Below, piece after piece: positions 17,164 through 26,552 of a stretch of DNA of 61,504 bases (its first letter is position 1; the number at the start of each line of letters is the position of its first letter). Location: positions 1 through 61,504 of IMG/VR virus record IMGVR_UViG_3300022074_000039. One strand, given 5' to 3'. The position numbers were made by a program, and so were the translations under genes. This DNA is from a virus (taxonomy: Duplodnaviria > Caudoviricetes). The notes under the pieces are model-generated. The model was not told the DNA's origin. It saw nothing but the letters and a program-made list of their open reading frames with translations, and did not search any database.

Positions 17164-18723
17164 GTGGCAACCTGGAAGAACATATTAACAGAAGCTAGCA
17201 CTTCCGCCACTAACCTCACAAGTGTTGGTACCCTTACGACTTTGAGCGTTGACAATATTACTGTTAACGGTAATACGGTAAGTTCCACGAATACTAACGG
17301 CAATATTTTATTGGCGGCCAACGGAACTGGCAAAATAGAAGTAAGAGGTAATACTAATTCTGGTGCTGTAATTCTAAACTGCGAGGATAATAGCCATGGT
17401 GTAACATTACAGGCTCCAGCTCACGGCAGCTTTGCTGGTAGCTACACCCTAACGCTTCCTATCAATGATGGGGATGCAAATCAGTTTTTGCAAACCAATG
17501 GTAGCGGTGTGCTTTCTTGGGATGACCCTGCTGCCCTTACTGTAGCACAGGGTGGAACTGGGGCTACTTCCTTTGCTGACAAGGCGGTTCTTATCACGCA
17601 AGATAGCGGAACCGACACGGTAGCGGCTGCGGCTATGTCTACTAACGGTCAGCTACTGATTGGCGGAACAAGTGGTCCTGCTGTAGCTACCTTGACAGCA
17701 GGCAGCAACGTTACAATCACCAATGCTGATGGAGCCATAACGATAGCATCTAGTGGCGGCGACGGCAGCGGCGGAATTGCTAGCCTCTCTGAAGATAGCA
17801 ACCCAACGCTTGGCGGTGATCTCATTGTTGGGAGTAATGATATCAAGTCTGTTGGTGATGTAGAGATAGTCGTGGATAGCGACAACAACACTACGGATAG
17901 TTCCTTTACTGTTAAGAACGGAGCTGGAACTGTTTTATTTAACGTTAATGAGTCTGGGGTTACCAGCGGCTTGTTAACTACTACTACCCCTACAGCCACC
18001 TTGGGGAGCAGCTTTCAACAGGGGGCTTCTGTTACTGGCACGGTAGATAATTTTGATTCTGGCGCAACATACGTTGCAAAAATATTTAATAGCGGTGGCA
18101 CCGAACAAACGAGCAACGCAGTTACCATAAGCAGTAGCGGAGCAATAAGTTTTACCGCACCCAGCACGGTAGCTTCAGGATATGAGCTCAGGATATCTGC
18201 GACAGGAACTGGCAAGCTTATTAGCGATGAGGTGGTAAAAACTTTTGCCATAACCGCTGCCACGACTTTTGCTCACTGGAGACTTCAAGGAGTTGATTCA
18301 AGCGGTAACAATACCGCTAATAAGTGGTTTTTGCTCGACGTTGTGTTTTGGACTGGTCAGAACGCAAGCGGAACTGAATACCCTACGTCTCATTTATCAT
18401 CAGATTCAGGCGGTGGAATAAATGTAACTAGTGGTTATGCTCACAGCAGTACATACGATGATTGGAAAGCATTTGATGACAACCAAGGCAGTGGTCACTG
18501 GACCCTAGGCAATAGTACCGCAAATAATAACTGGCTTCAGGTTGAGTTTACTGCTGGAGCACTTAATGTACAAAGTATATACATAAAATCGAACACAACC
18601 TACACTGACATGCATGGCATAAAGGTTATGGGAAGCTCAAACGGGAATTTCTCTGGCGAAGAGGTTACCGTCACTACGATTACTGGTAACGATTCTACAG
18701 CTGTTACAACAACTAACCTATAA
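17164..18723 (+). CDS. Tail fibre protein 2 with C-terminal discoidin/F5-8C-like domain
   Basis: LTLP..DG...Q.L.TNGSG.LSW fibre motif; WKAFD...W...NWLQVEF; GTG start. Confidence 0.75.
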   Translation: MATWKNILTEASTSATNLTSVGTLTTLSVDNITVNGNTVSSTNTNGNILLAANGTGKIEVRGNTNSGAVILNCEDNSHGVTLQAPAHGSFAGSYTLTLPINDGDANQFLQTNGSGVLSWDDPAALTVAQGGTGATSFADKAVLITQDSGTDTVAAAAMSTNGQLLIGGTSGPAVATLTAGSNVTITNADGAITIASSGGDGSGGIASLSEDSNPTLGGDLIVGSNDIKSVGDVEIVVDSDNNTTDSSFTVKNGAGTVLFNVNESGVTSGLLTTTTPTATLGSSFQQGASVTGTVDNFDSGATYVAKIFNSGGTEQTSNAVTISSSGAISFTAPSTVASGYELRISATGTGKLISDEVVKTFAITAATTFAHWRLQGVDSSGNNTANKWFLLDVVFWTGQNASGTEYPTSHLSSDSGGGINVTSGYAHSSTYDDWKAFDDNQGSGHWTLGNSTANNNWLQVEFTAGALNVQSIYIKSNTTYTDMHGIKVMGSSNGNFSGEEVTVTTITGNDSTAVTTTNL

Positions 18724-18725
18724 TT

Positions 18726-18956
18726 ATGACGCTAAAGGAAGGAGCTACACAGGAGATAAACTCTAGGTGGCCTGAGCACAAACAAAGAAACTGTGCTCTT
18801 GTAAGAGATTTTTATGGAGATCAATATTACAAGAATATGTCCTCTGGTATTAGGCTTGTAGTTGACTTATATCAAGCCTTAAAAGAATCTGGAGCATCTA
18901 CTTGGTCTATATCTTCTTCTGACTCTTCTATACTAGACGATTTGGCTGAAACCTGA
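18726..18956 (+). CDS. Hypothetical protein, possible fibre assembly factor
   Basis: I..RWP..KQRN motif, immediately after the fibre gene. Confidence 0.6.
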   Translation: MTLKEGATQEINSRWPEHKQRNCALVRDFYGDQYYKNMSSGIRLVVDLYQALKESGASTWSISSSDSSILDDLAET

Positions 18957-18971
18957 CACTTTTGTTTTTAT

Positions 18972-18979
18972 TACCTTTG
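18972..18979 (+). promoter_or_regulatory. -7 element TACCTTTG
   Basis: 4 nt before ATG 18984. Confidence 0.6.
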
Positions 18980-18983
18980 CTAA

Positions 18984-19280
18984 ATGTCTTTGACTAAAAG
19001 CGAAAAAGCAAAGCTGAAGCGACTTGGCCTGTCTGGTTTAAGCAAGCCAAAGAGGACCCCATCACATCGTACAAAGTCGCATGTAGTAGCTGTAAGAGTC
19101 GGAGGCAAAATTAAAATTATTCGTTTTGGACAACAAGGCGCTAAGACAGCAGGAAAACCAAAGCCTGGTGATAGCGCTAAGACAAAAGCCAAACGCAAAT
19201 CATTCAAGGATCGACACAGAAAAAATATAGCTAAAGGACCATCCAGTGCTGCGTACTGGGCAAACAAAGTAAAATGGTAA
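18984..19280 (+). CDS. Conserved basic phage protein
   Basis: IRFGQQG...RKSFK.RH...SAAYWANKVKW. Confidence 0.85.
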   Translation: MSLTKSEKAKLKRLGLSGLSKPKRTPSHRTKSHVVAVRVGGKIKIIRFGQQGAKTAGKPKPGDSAKTKAKRKSFKDRHRKNIAKGPSSAAYWANKVKW

Positions 19281-21346
19281 GACTAATTCTATTTTTATTA
19301 CTGTTACCATTATATGCTTTTGCTCAACCTAGCTGGGTAAACGTCACCATACTTAGCGATCTCTACAGCGGAGAAACTACTTGGGAGATATACAATGGGC
19401 CACAAGTTGTGGCTCAGTCCTCTATACCTTACCAGAGCAATAACCTATCTAACGAGATGGTGTATCTCCCGTCTGGGGATTACGAGTTTGTAATCTATGA
19501 CTCTTTCGGAGATGGAATTTGTTGCGAGTTTGGTGAAGGGTGGTTTGCTCTTAGTAACACGTGCGGAGTTGACACGGCGGTATTCGATTTCAACATCGAT
19601 CAGTTAACAATTCCGTTTGTACTTGAGCCATGTGAGCCTCTCATCCCTGGCTGCATGGATGAATCAGCAAACAACTATAACCCTTGGGCTAGCGTAGACA
19701 ACGGAAGCTGCAACGTAAGTGAGTGCCCAGAAGGCGAGGCATTTGTATCTATGGAGCTCACGCTAGACAACTGGCCTAATGAAACTGGTTTTACTCTCGT
19801 TGACTTGGCCGTTGGTGAGTTCTATGAACAGGTGCTTCCAGGGCAGTTTAACTTCGCTGATCAATTAGCTACGTACACCTACGACTTTTGCGTGGCTCTA
19901 GGTTTTGAGTTAATCCTCACAGATACGTATGGCGACGGGCTCAACGGTACCTCTACAGGGGGCGTGGCTGATGGAGCTGTCACTATTACTGCCTGCGGTG
20001 ATTCTGTTATATGGGAACTAGAGGACTTGGGATTTACTGAGAACGGTGGAAACGTAGCTTACTCTGGCGCCGTGTTTGTAGAGCCCTGCGAAACGGACAG
20101 CGTAATCATGGGCTGCATGGACGACGACTACGTAGATTACAACCCAGAGGCCACAGAGCCAGCAGACTGCTTGACATTACACACCTGGGGTTGTATGGAT
20201 ACAGCAGCATTCAACTACGATGTAAACGCTACTATCTCCGATCTGAACAGCCCCTGCGTAACGACCATTACCCTTGAAGATGATGCAGGAGATGGATGGG
20301 GCAACTCACACGTAGGCGTAAAGCAAGGAGACTTGCAATGGATATTTACCGTCGGGCCAGGAGAGTTCTCTCAGTCATGGGATTTAGTGTTAGACTCTGA
20401 CGAAGAGGTAGATGTATACTACTTCGAGATCGGAGGACCACAACAGCCTCCACAAGAGACGCAGTTTCAGACGCTTCACAACTCTATTATTATAACCAAC
20501 GAGGCTGGGGACACCCTGATGGTTGAGGGGGACAATCCATTTTTTGATAACGGGCAGGGTGCCCTACAGCCATTTGGTAATCCTGAGTGGAACGTATATC
20601 ACTTTACCCCGTACTGCGGAACTAGCTGTTTACCATACGTTTACGGATGCTTAGATGTAGACGCACAGAACTACATTGACGAGGCTAATACAGATGACGG
20701 AAGCTGTTACTATGCTGCTGGTTGTACACAAGCTGGATACCTAGAATATTATACACAAGGCTACGAGGCAGATTTTGACGACGGCAGCTGCGAAGTGCTA
20801 GCAGTATTCGGATGTACAGACGCCGAAGCCCTGAACTATAATGAAGAAGCAAATGTTGATAACGACAGCTGTGTCCCCGTGATCGTAGGATGCACAGATA
20901 TCAATGCTTTCAACTACGACGAGGAGGCCAACACGCCAGACAACGAGTCTTGCCTGTACGATGCTGACTGCGTAGGAGAACCAGGCGATCCGTACTGGGC
21001 CAACGACGAGTGCTACATGTGGGTGATTGATGTTGACCCGTACTGCTGCGAGTCTGAATGGGATAACACCTGCGTAAGCCTGTACAGCTATTGCCAAGAC
21101 GGTACCGCCACATACATCCCTTACTTCGATTCTGAAGTAAAAGTGTTCCCAAACCCCGTGGCTAGAACCTTGACTGTGAGATCTAGCAATCCTGTAACCA
21201 TTGAGGTTTACAATTCTCTAGGAGCTCTTGTTGTTCCGCAAACTACTGACAATCAGATTGATATGTCTGCTATGCCAGTAGGAATGTATCAAGTTGTTAT
21301 TAGACATGACGGTAGATCCATCGTAAAAAACATATCTAAGCAATGA
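19274..21346 (+). CDS. Secreted Cys-repeat protein with T9SS type A C-terminal sorting domain
   Basis: Signal peptide ...YAFA-Q; seven GCxD...NY...C repeats; C-terminal VFPNP...YNSLG...GMY.V...K. Confidence 0.88.
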   Translation: MVRLILFLLLLPLYAFAQPSWVNVTILSDLYSGETTWEIYNGPQVVAQSSIPYQSNNLSNEMVYLPSGDYEFVIYDSFGDGICCEFGEGWFALSNTCGVDTAVFDFNIDQLTIPFVLEPCEPLIPGCMDESANNYNPWASVDNGSCNVSECPEGEAFVSMELTLDNWPNETGFTLVDLAVGEFYEQVLPGQFNFADQLATYTYDFCVALGFELILTDTYGDGLNGTSTGGVADGAVTITACGDSVIWELEDLGFTENGGNVAYSGAVFVEPCETDSVIMGCMDDDYVDYNPEATEPADCLTLHTWGCMDTAAFNYDVNATISDLNSPCVTTITLEDDAGDGWGNSHVGVKQGDLQWIFTVGPGEFSQSWDLVLDSDEEVDVYYFEIGGPQQPPQETQFQTLHNSIIITNEAGDTLMVEGDNPFFDNGQGALQPFGNPEWNVYHFTPYCGTSCLPYVYGCLDVDAQNYIDEANTDDGSCYYAAGCTQAGYLEYYTQGYEADFDDGSCEVLAVFGCTDAEALNYNEEANVDNDSCVPVIVGCTDINAFNYDEEANTPDNESCLYDADCVGEPGDPYWANDECYMWVIDVDPYCCESEWDNTCVSLYSYCQDGTATYIPYFDSEVKVFPNPVARTLTVRSSNPVTIEVYNSLGALVVPQTTDNQIDMSAMPVGMYQVVIRHDGRSIVKNISKQ

Positions 21347-22578
21347 AAAAACTATTAGCTATTGCAATGACGGCAATGAGCTTTTGCTCGTTATCTCAGC
21401 CAGACCTGGTTGTAAGTGAGCTCTACACGGACAGCCTTTGTGTTAGTAACATACCCTACTACTCTGTTCACTTCGTTGTAACTAACGAGGGTGATGAGGT
21501 CAGCGATTACTTCTGCTACGAGCTAGACGGAAACGAAGCCTGTCCAGACACCTCTAACGGTAATTACCCGTTGAGTCCAGGCGGCAATAGATCCTTCAGT
21601 GTGGGCTGGCTTAATTTCAATAATTTTGGTGAGCCTCTAACTGTTGAGGTTGTAAACGATGAAGATGAAGTAAACACGTTAAATAATTCATCAACCATTA
21701 TTATACCAGATCAACATGAGTGTCCTCCCCTTGAGGTTGATCTTAGCGTAGACACAGTGCTTTATGATTTTGGTTGCGACGTGCTTGGCCCGTATCTAGA
21801 ACCGCAGATTTTTATGTCCAATCATGGCACTGAAGACATAACCGAATTCTGTGTAAAGTTTCAGATACTCGGACAAACAAATGATACTGTTTGTTTTACT
21901 GGTCAAAGCTATCTTCCCCTAGCGTCTGGCTCTATGGCTGTCCAACAGTGGCCTAGGATATATGTAGATGGAGTTCTTAGTCTTCACCTTCTAGATGTAA
22001 ATGGGGAGGGTGGATTTTGGTGGATGGATTTTGGTATTGATGAGAACACATATAACAACACTTATGTGGAGGTGCTGCCTAACATAGACACTTCTTGGTG
22101 TACGTCTGGATGTACAGATGAGATGGCTTGTAATTATATAGGTGATGTATTTATAGACGACGGTTCATGCGAGTACCCAGAGCTGTACTACAATTGCGAA
22201 GGTGAGTGCGAGTACGATACAGACGAGGACGGAATCTGTGATCAGCTTGAGATCCCTGGCTGCACTGATCCGCTAGCTAACAACTACAATGCAGACGCAA
22301 CAGACGATGATGGTACTTGTGAGTATACAGTAAATGTAGCTCGTGAGGTATACGATATAGAACAGTTAAATGTCTACCCCAACCCGTTTGATGATGTAAT
22401 CTACGTGTCAAACATTCCTGGATCTCTTTGTAGAGTAAGAGATTTAAACGGAAGAGTTGTGGTAGAAAGAACTACTTCTGCTGTGATAAGCATGAACTAC
22501 CTAAGTGAAGGAACTTACTTGGTTGACTGGATCGTAGAGGGAAAAGTAATTCTAACTAAAAAGATTATGAAGAGATGA
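21343..22578 (+). CDS. Secreted CARDB/Ig-like Cys-repeat protein with T9SS type A sorting domain
   Basis: Signal peptide; PDLVV...N.G...E.N..NN CARDB-like pattern (twice); two GCTD repeats; YPNPF...DLNGR...GTYLV...KKIMK. Confidence 0.85.
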   Translation: MKKLLAIAMTAMSFCSLSQPDLVVSELYTDSLCVSNIPYYSVHFVVTNEGDEVSDYFCYELDGNEACPDTSNGNYPLSPGGNRSFSVGWLNFNNFGEPLTVEVVNDEDEVNTLNNSSTIIIPDQHECPPLEVDLSVDTVLYDFGCDVLGPYLEPQIFMSNHGTEDITEFCVKFQILGQTNDTVCFTGQSYLPLASGSMAVQQWPRIYVDGVLSLHLLDVNGEGGFWWMDFGIDENTYNNTYVEVLPNIDTSWCTSGCTDEMACNYIGDVFIDDGSCEYPELYYNCEGECEYDTDEDGICDQLEIPGCTDPLANNYNADATDDDGTCEYTVNVAREVYDIEQLNVYPNPFDDVIYVSNIPGSLCRVRDLNGRVVVERTTSAVISMNYLSEGTYLVDWIVEGKVILTKKIMKR

Positions 22579-23615
22579 GGCTGATTGCTGCTTTGATTTT
22601 TGTGATGTTCAGCTTTACTGCTGAAGCTCAGTTCTTGAAGAAGACATTCAAGTTCGCTACTTTCTACACAGCTTTCAGCGGGAACAACTCTGTGTCTGAC
22701 GTAGATGTTTACTCTGTAGCCAACGGACCACTGCAAGTAGACGTCATCGAGACCCCGTTTGACTACTCGCTCACAGCGGGCGTAAGAAAGATCGCTAGGT
22801 TCTCATACGAGAACAGAGCTAACAACTTCTACAGTGGCAACGAGCAGTCATATAGCGATGCTGCTACAATCGGAAAGGTCAAGGGCTTTGAGTTTCTATT
22901 TCAAGGCTCGTACCAAAGGCAGCAAGGAGTACAGTTCCTAAACCAAGATCACTTCCTTAGATACGTAGCGAACAACTGGATCGCAAAAGTTGAGTACCTG
23001 CAAGACGGGTTTGCTGACGTTAGTTACTTTGAGGGATCGCAAAGAGGCAGGTTGAACTTAGGTAAGAAGCTTTCGCTTAACCTTGGCGTAGTGCAAAGGC
23101 TGTCTGAGCCATACGGCTATGATCCGCTCGCAGATTGGACGCTAGAAAACAACAGCATCCACTATACACAACTAGCCATCGAGGAAGGTTACAACGTAGA
23201 CTTTGACTCTGGAGAGTTCCTGAGCCCTGACGGAGACTTAGTTGCAGAGAACGTACAAGTATGGGAGTCTGTGGTAATACCACAAGTTTTGATTGACTAC
23301 ACAGATAGAAAGCGTAGCGAACTACCCAGCCAGTGGAATTACTCTTTGATTGCTGGTTTTGACTTCTACCATTTCACGCAGGACTTCTGGCTTCACAGCT
23401 GGGCTAACGTATTGCCATATCACCTAGATTCAGAAAGCGAATACTCTTATCAAAACTTTCTAGATGGAGACCAATGGATTGACTACTCAGGAGGGTTGGT
23501 ATTCGGGTGGAAACTAAACAAGAGCCTGGGGATGTTCCTAGAAGGCAGATACCATAAATACTGGAACAGAGAGTGGCACAACTTCTCTGTCGGTGTGAAC
23601 TACGTAATTATTTGA
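22575..23615 (+). CDS. Putative outer-membrane beta-barrel protein
   Basis: Signal peptide ...AEA-Q; aromatic alternating strands; terminal FSVGVNYVII beta-signal-like strand. Confidence 0.7.
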   Translation: MRLIAALIFVMFSFTAEAQFLKKTFKFATFYTAFSGNNSVSDVDVYSVANGPLQVDVIETPFDYSLTAGVRKIARFSYENRANNFYSGNEQSYSDAATIGKVKGFEFLFQGSYQRQQGVQFLNQDHFLRYVANNWIAKVEYLQDGFADVSYFEGSQRGRLNLGKKLSLNLGVVQRLSEPYGYDPLADWTLENNSIHYTQLAIEEGYNVDFDSGEFLSPDGDLVAENVQVWESVVIPQVLIDYTDRKRSELPSQWNYSLIAGFDFYHFTQDFWLHSWANVLPYHLDSESEYSYQNFLDGDQWIDYSGGLVFGWKLNKSLGMFLEGRYHKYWNREWHNFSVGVNYVII

Positions 23616-23616
23616 T

Positions 23617-23901
23617 ATGGCAAAAGAACTAAACGAAGACACAGGATTTCACGTAAGCGTCAAAACGCTTGCAGGTATTGGCGCTGGAATGGCAGCCATC
23701 ATCAGCATGTGGTTTGTGCTACAGGCAGACATTGCAGAAGCAAAGGAGCTTCCCGTGCCACCAGACCCAGAGATTACACGTATGGAATTTGATATGAAGG
23801 ACCAATTAATTCGACAGACTATTATGTCTACTCAGGAAGATGTCACTGAGATTAAACAGGATATGAAAAGGATCGAAGAAAAAATCGACAAACTAAAATG
23901 A
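23617..23901 (+). CDS. Single-TM coiled-coil membrane protein
   Basis: Hydrophobic LAGIGAGMAAIISMWFVL, then a coiled coil. Confidence 0.75.
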   Translation: MAKELNEDTGFHVSVKTLAGIGAGMAAIISMWFVLQADIAEAKELPVPPDPEITRMEFDMKDQLIRQTIMSTQEDVTEIKQDMKRIEEKIDKLK

Positions 23902-23904
23902 GGA

Positions 23905-24270
23905 ATGAAAACTCTTGCCATTGTATTATTTGCGCTATTATCGGCAACTGCTTTTGTGGCTGTTGTAACGGCTGAGGAAACGGAAGTCTGTCAGTCAGGA
24001 ATTTGTGTTGTTGAATTCAATGCTGCTTTCAACGCACAGAATAGCGTAGATTGGATTGATAAACTTAGCGACTGCGAAGTGGCTAGGGTTGATATCCTTG
24101 AGCGCCCCGATATGCAAAAGGATCACAATATAGTTGTGGTTCCTACGATCATTGTTTTTAATGAAGGCGAAGAAGAAAAGCGCTTTCAGGCTAACATTAT
24201 GATGACCGTTGACGCAACAAAAAAAGATGTGCAGGGTGTGATAGATGAAATTATAATGAGCTCTTTCTAA
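23905..24270 (+). CDS. Secreted thioredoxin-fold protein lacking CxxC
   Basis: Signal peptide; VVEFNAAFN replaces V.F.A.WC..C; VD and I..VPTIIVF..G.E..R are retained. Confidence 0.75.
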   Translation: MKTLAIVLFALLSATAFVAVVTAEETEVCQSGICVVEFNAAFNAQNSVDWIDKLSDCEVARVDILERPDMQKDHNIVVVPTIIVFNEGEEEKRFQANIMMTVDATKKDVQGVIDEIIMSSF

Positions 24271-24464
24271 TGAAAACTTTGAAATACAAAAAGGGTGGTA
24301 AGTTCAGCATCACCAACAAGAAGATGTCAATCGATCCCCCTAAGGGCTATCACTGGATGGAAGAAGGAGGTAGATACTATCTGATGAAAGGAGACTACGC
24401 TCCACACCCTGGAGCTGTAGAGAAGGCTACTTTTAAAATGGCGGACCACCCAAAGAAGAAATAA
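24270..24464 (+). CDS. Small hypothetical protein
   Basis: YKKGGK N-terminus; PPKGYHWM motif. Confidence 0.75.
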   Translation: MKTLKYKKGGKFSITNKKMSIDPPKGYHWMEEGGRYYLMKGDYAPHPGAVEKATFKMADHPKKK

Positions 24465-24730
24465 TGGCAAAGAACGCAGCACAACAGGCAGCTATTGCTA
24501 TCTCTAAAAAAGAAAGAGGCGAAGCGCCCAAAGCCAAAAAGGGCATGAAGTTCAACCCGAAGTATACTCGTGGCAGTTCAGACGTGTCCAGAAGAAAGAA
24601 GCTTATGGCACAGATCTCTGCTATTTACAAAAAACACAGAGGCACAAAACAAAAAAGAAAGAAGAAAGGATTTCCACCAGCCGTTGCCGCTCGACTGAAG
24701 AGGCTCATGGCACAAAGAGATAAGATATGA
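24464..24730 (+). CDS. Small basic protein
   Basis: AQQAAIAISKK motif; Lys-rich. Confidence 0.75.
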   Translation: MAKNAAQQAAIAISKKERGEAPKAKKGMKFNPKYTRGSSDVSRRKKLMAQISAIYKKHRGTKQKRKKKGFPPAVAARLKRLMAQRDKI

Positions 24731-24936
24731 AAGTATTAAAGAAGGGCGGCATGTCAGGTTTGGATGCTGCTCAAAAACAAGTGTATCGTAGAGGGCTTGC
24801 GGCATACATGTCTTCTGGCAACCGACCAAAGGTTTCTCAACATGCTTGGGCTATGGCTAGAGTAAAGTCTGCTTTTGGCAAGAGGGAGGCGGCTAAGATC
24901 AGGGCTGGCAAGGGTAAAAAGAAGAAGAAAAAATAA
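24727..24936 (+). CDS. Small basic protein (DUF5824-like)
   Basis: VYRRG.AAY..SG.RP...AWAMARV. Confidence 0.7.
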   Translation: MKVLKKGGMSGLDAAQKQVYRRGLAAYMSSGNRPKVSQHAWAMARVKSAFGKREAAKIRAGKGKKKKKK

Positions 24937-24940
24937 TGGT

Positions 24941-24948
24941 TATATTTG
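24941..24948 (+). promoter_or_regulatory. -7 element TATATTTG
   Basis: Upstream of the head operon. Confidence 0.6.
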
Positions 24949-24968
24949 CATTTATATAAAGAATAATT

Positions 24969-25370
24969 ATGGCTACAACCACTGCAACAATTACACTTTC
25001 GAGTAGTGACCTTACTGGTGACGCTCTTGCGCTGTCTACTACAGCGACACTAACCAAAGCTGGAAACTCAACTGGTTTAACTCAGACTACTGGTATCGGT
25101 AGAAAAACCACATCTGCCACCTCTCAATACGTTTTGTTTGATGGGTCCAGCTATGGTAACGGAGCTCACAAAGTTTATTTAAAAAACACTAGCACTATTG
25201 CTGGGGAGTTTTTAACTATTGAAATTAATTCTGAGCAGATGGGTAAGCTTTATGCTGGTGACTGGGCTTTCTTCCCTTGGGAGGCAAACGCTGACACTAA
25301 CGACATTAAGATTGCGCCAAGTGTTTCTACAGCAATAACCTTGGAGTACGCTTTGTTTATTGACGAGTAA
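24969..25370 (+). CDS. Putative virion structural protein
   Basis: Paralog of 25370; in the head cluster. Confidence 0.7.
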   Translation: MATTTATITLSSSDLTGDALALSTTATLTKAGNSTGLTQTTGIGRKTTSATSQYVLFDGSSYGNGAHKVYLKNTSTIAGEFLTIEINSEQMGKLYAGDWAFFPWEANADTNDIKIAPSVSTAITLEYALFIDE

Positions 25371-25789
25371 TGGCAACAGTACGCGCTTCACTCAGCCTGA
25401 ATAGTGCTGACGTGCTTACAAGCGCGTTGGCCTTAACTACGGTGGCTAATCTTAACTGTGACTCTGGCGCTTTGATCAGAGCCAAAGTAAAAGCTACCGA
25501 TCACGATACTACTGCTCTCCGTATTTACGCTGCCAATCAGTGTAACGAAAGGGCTTACGTCTACTTAAAAAATCTTGATACTGAGCTTGAGCAATACGTT
25601 TACATATACAACGACTCTGAAGCTGATGCTCTTGTAGCCAAGATCGGAGGCGGTGAGTTTGCTTTTGTCCCCGTTGCAGTGGACAAAGCTTACGTAGTTT
25701 ATGCAACCAAGGTAGACACGATGGTCGAGTACGGTGTATTCGGTAACGACAACTCAACTGTTCCGTTCACTGGAGCTGGAATAGATTAA
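25370..25789 (+). CDS. Putative virion structural protein
   Basis: Paralog of 24969 (MAT..A...L.S.D....AL.L; YLKN; EY..F). Confidence 0.7.
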   Translation: MATVRASLSLNSADVLTSALALTTVANLNCDSGALIRAKVKATDHDTTALRIYAANQCNERAYVYLKNLDTELEQYVYIYNDSEADALVAKIGGGEFAFVPVAVDKAYVVYATKVDTMVEYGVFGNDNSTVPFTGAGID

Positions 25790-25799
25790 TAGATAAGAC

Positions 25800-26522
25800 A
25801 TGGCACAAACGAAGGGTTTTTTAGAAAAGCTAGTTGGTCAAAGCATGGCTGCTCCTGGCACCTACAACAAAGCCACTGGCGGACAGGGCTACGCCGTTGG
25901 GATTACAAATGGTCAAAAATTTTTTGCTGGGTTGGGCTTTGATGGAAAAACCATTAATGTTGATGGTGCTGCCTCACACGGCTATGTGTACACGGACAAC
26001 GATGAAGATCTCGAAGTATTCGTAGACACAGCCGCTAAAATTGTTTACCCTACAGGAGAAACTGAAACTCTAATATCTATGGATGACGCTGAGATTATCA
26101 AAGGCTCATTGGTCTTAATCGAAGGTCACGTTGATAGCGATGGGCTTAGCAATGACGGGCTGTACAAAGTTAAGAGCTTTGATGCCAGTGCGTCTTCTTT
26201 TCACCTTGAAAACATCAACTTTGAAGGGTTTTTAGACGACATCAAGGATGGGGTGTCTGACGCAGACGACTCAGGATCTGTTTATGGAACAATGACGTTG
26301 CTTCCGTTTCCCCCTACGTTTAAAATAGTTCCGCTTGACGATGGAGGAATTGCTTCTATTCAGGCTAACAACTGGGCTGGAACAGACGATATTGTAGCAG
26401 ATATTCCAGCGGGAACAGAGCTTCTGGTTGAGGCATTCCAGGTTACTTCTGCTGGCAGCAATGCTTCTTGTATCTGTTACTTGCCCTGCTACCCCAGCCT
26501 CAAGTTCCATCCGCAGAAGTAG
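25800..26522 (+). CDS. Hypothetical protein, probably structural
   Basis: ORF in the head cluster. Confidence 0.7.
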   Translation: MAQTKGFLEKLVGQSMAAPGTYNKATGGQGYAVGITNGQKFFAGLGFDGKTINVDGAASHGYVYTDNDEDLEVFVDTAAKIVYPTGETETLISMDDAEIIKGSLVLIEGHVDSDGLSNDGLYKVKSFDASASSFHLENINFEGFLDDIKDGVSDADDSGSVYGTMTLLPFPPTFKIVPLDDGGIASIQANNWAGTDDIVADIPAGTELLVEAFQVTSAGSNASCICYLPCYPSLKFHPQK

Positions 26523-26552
26523 ACTTTACAAGACACAATTAAATAAACATAA

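Noticed and set aside
19650-22320. CRISPR array or DGR template/variable repeats
   Set aside because: The repeats are degenerate protein-level Cys repeats; no constant DNA repeat-spacer pattern and no reverse transcriptase or cas gene seen.
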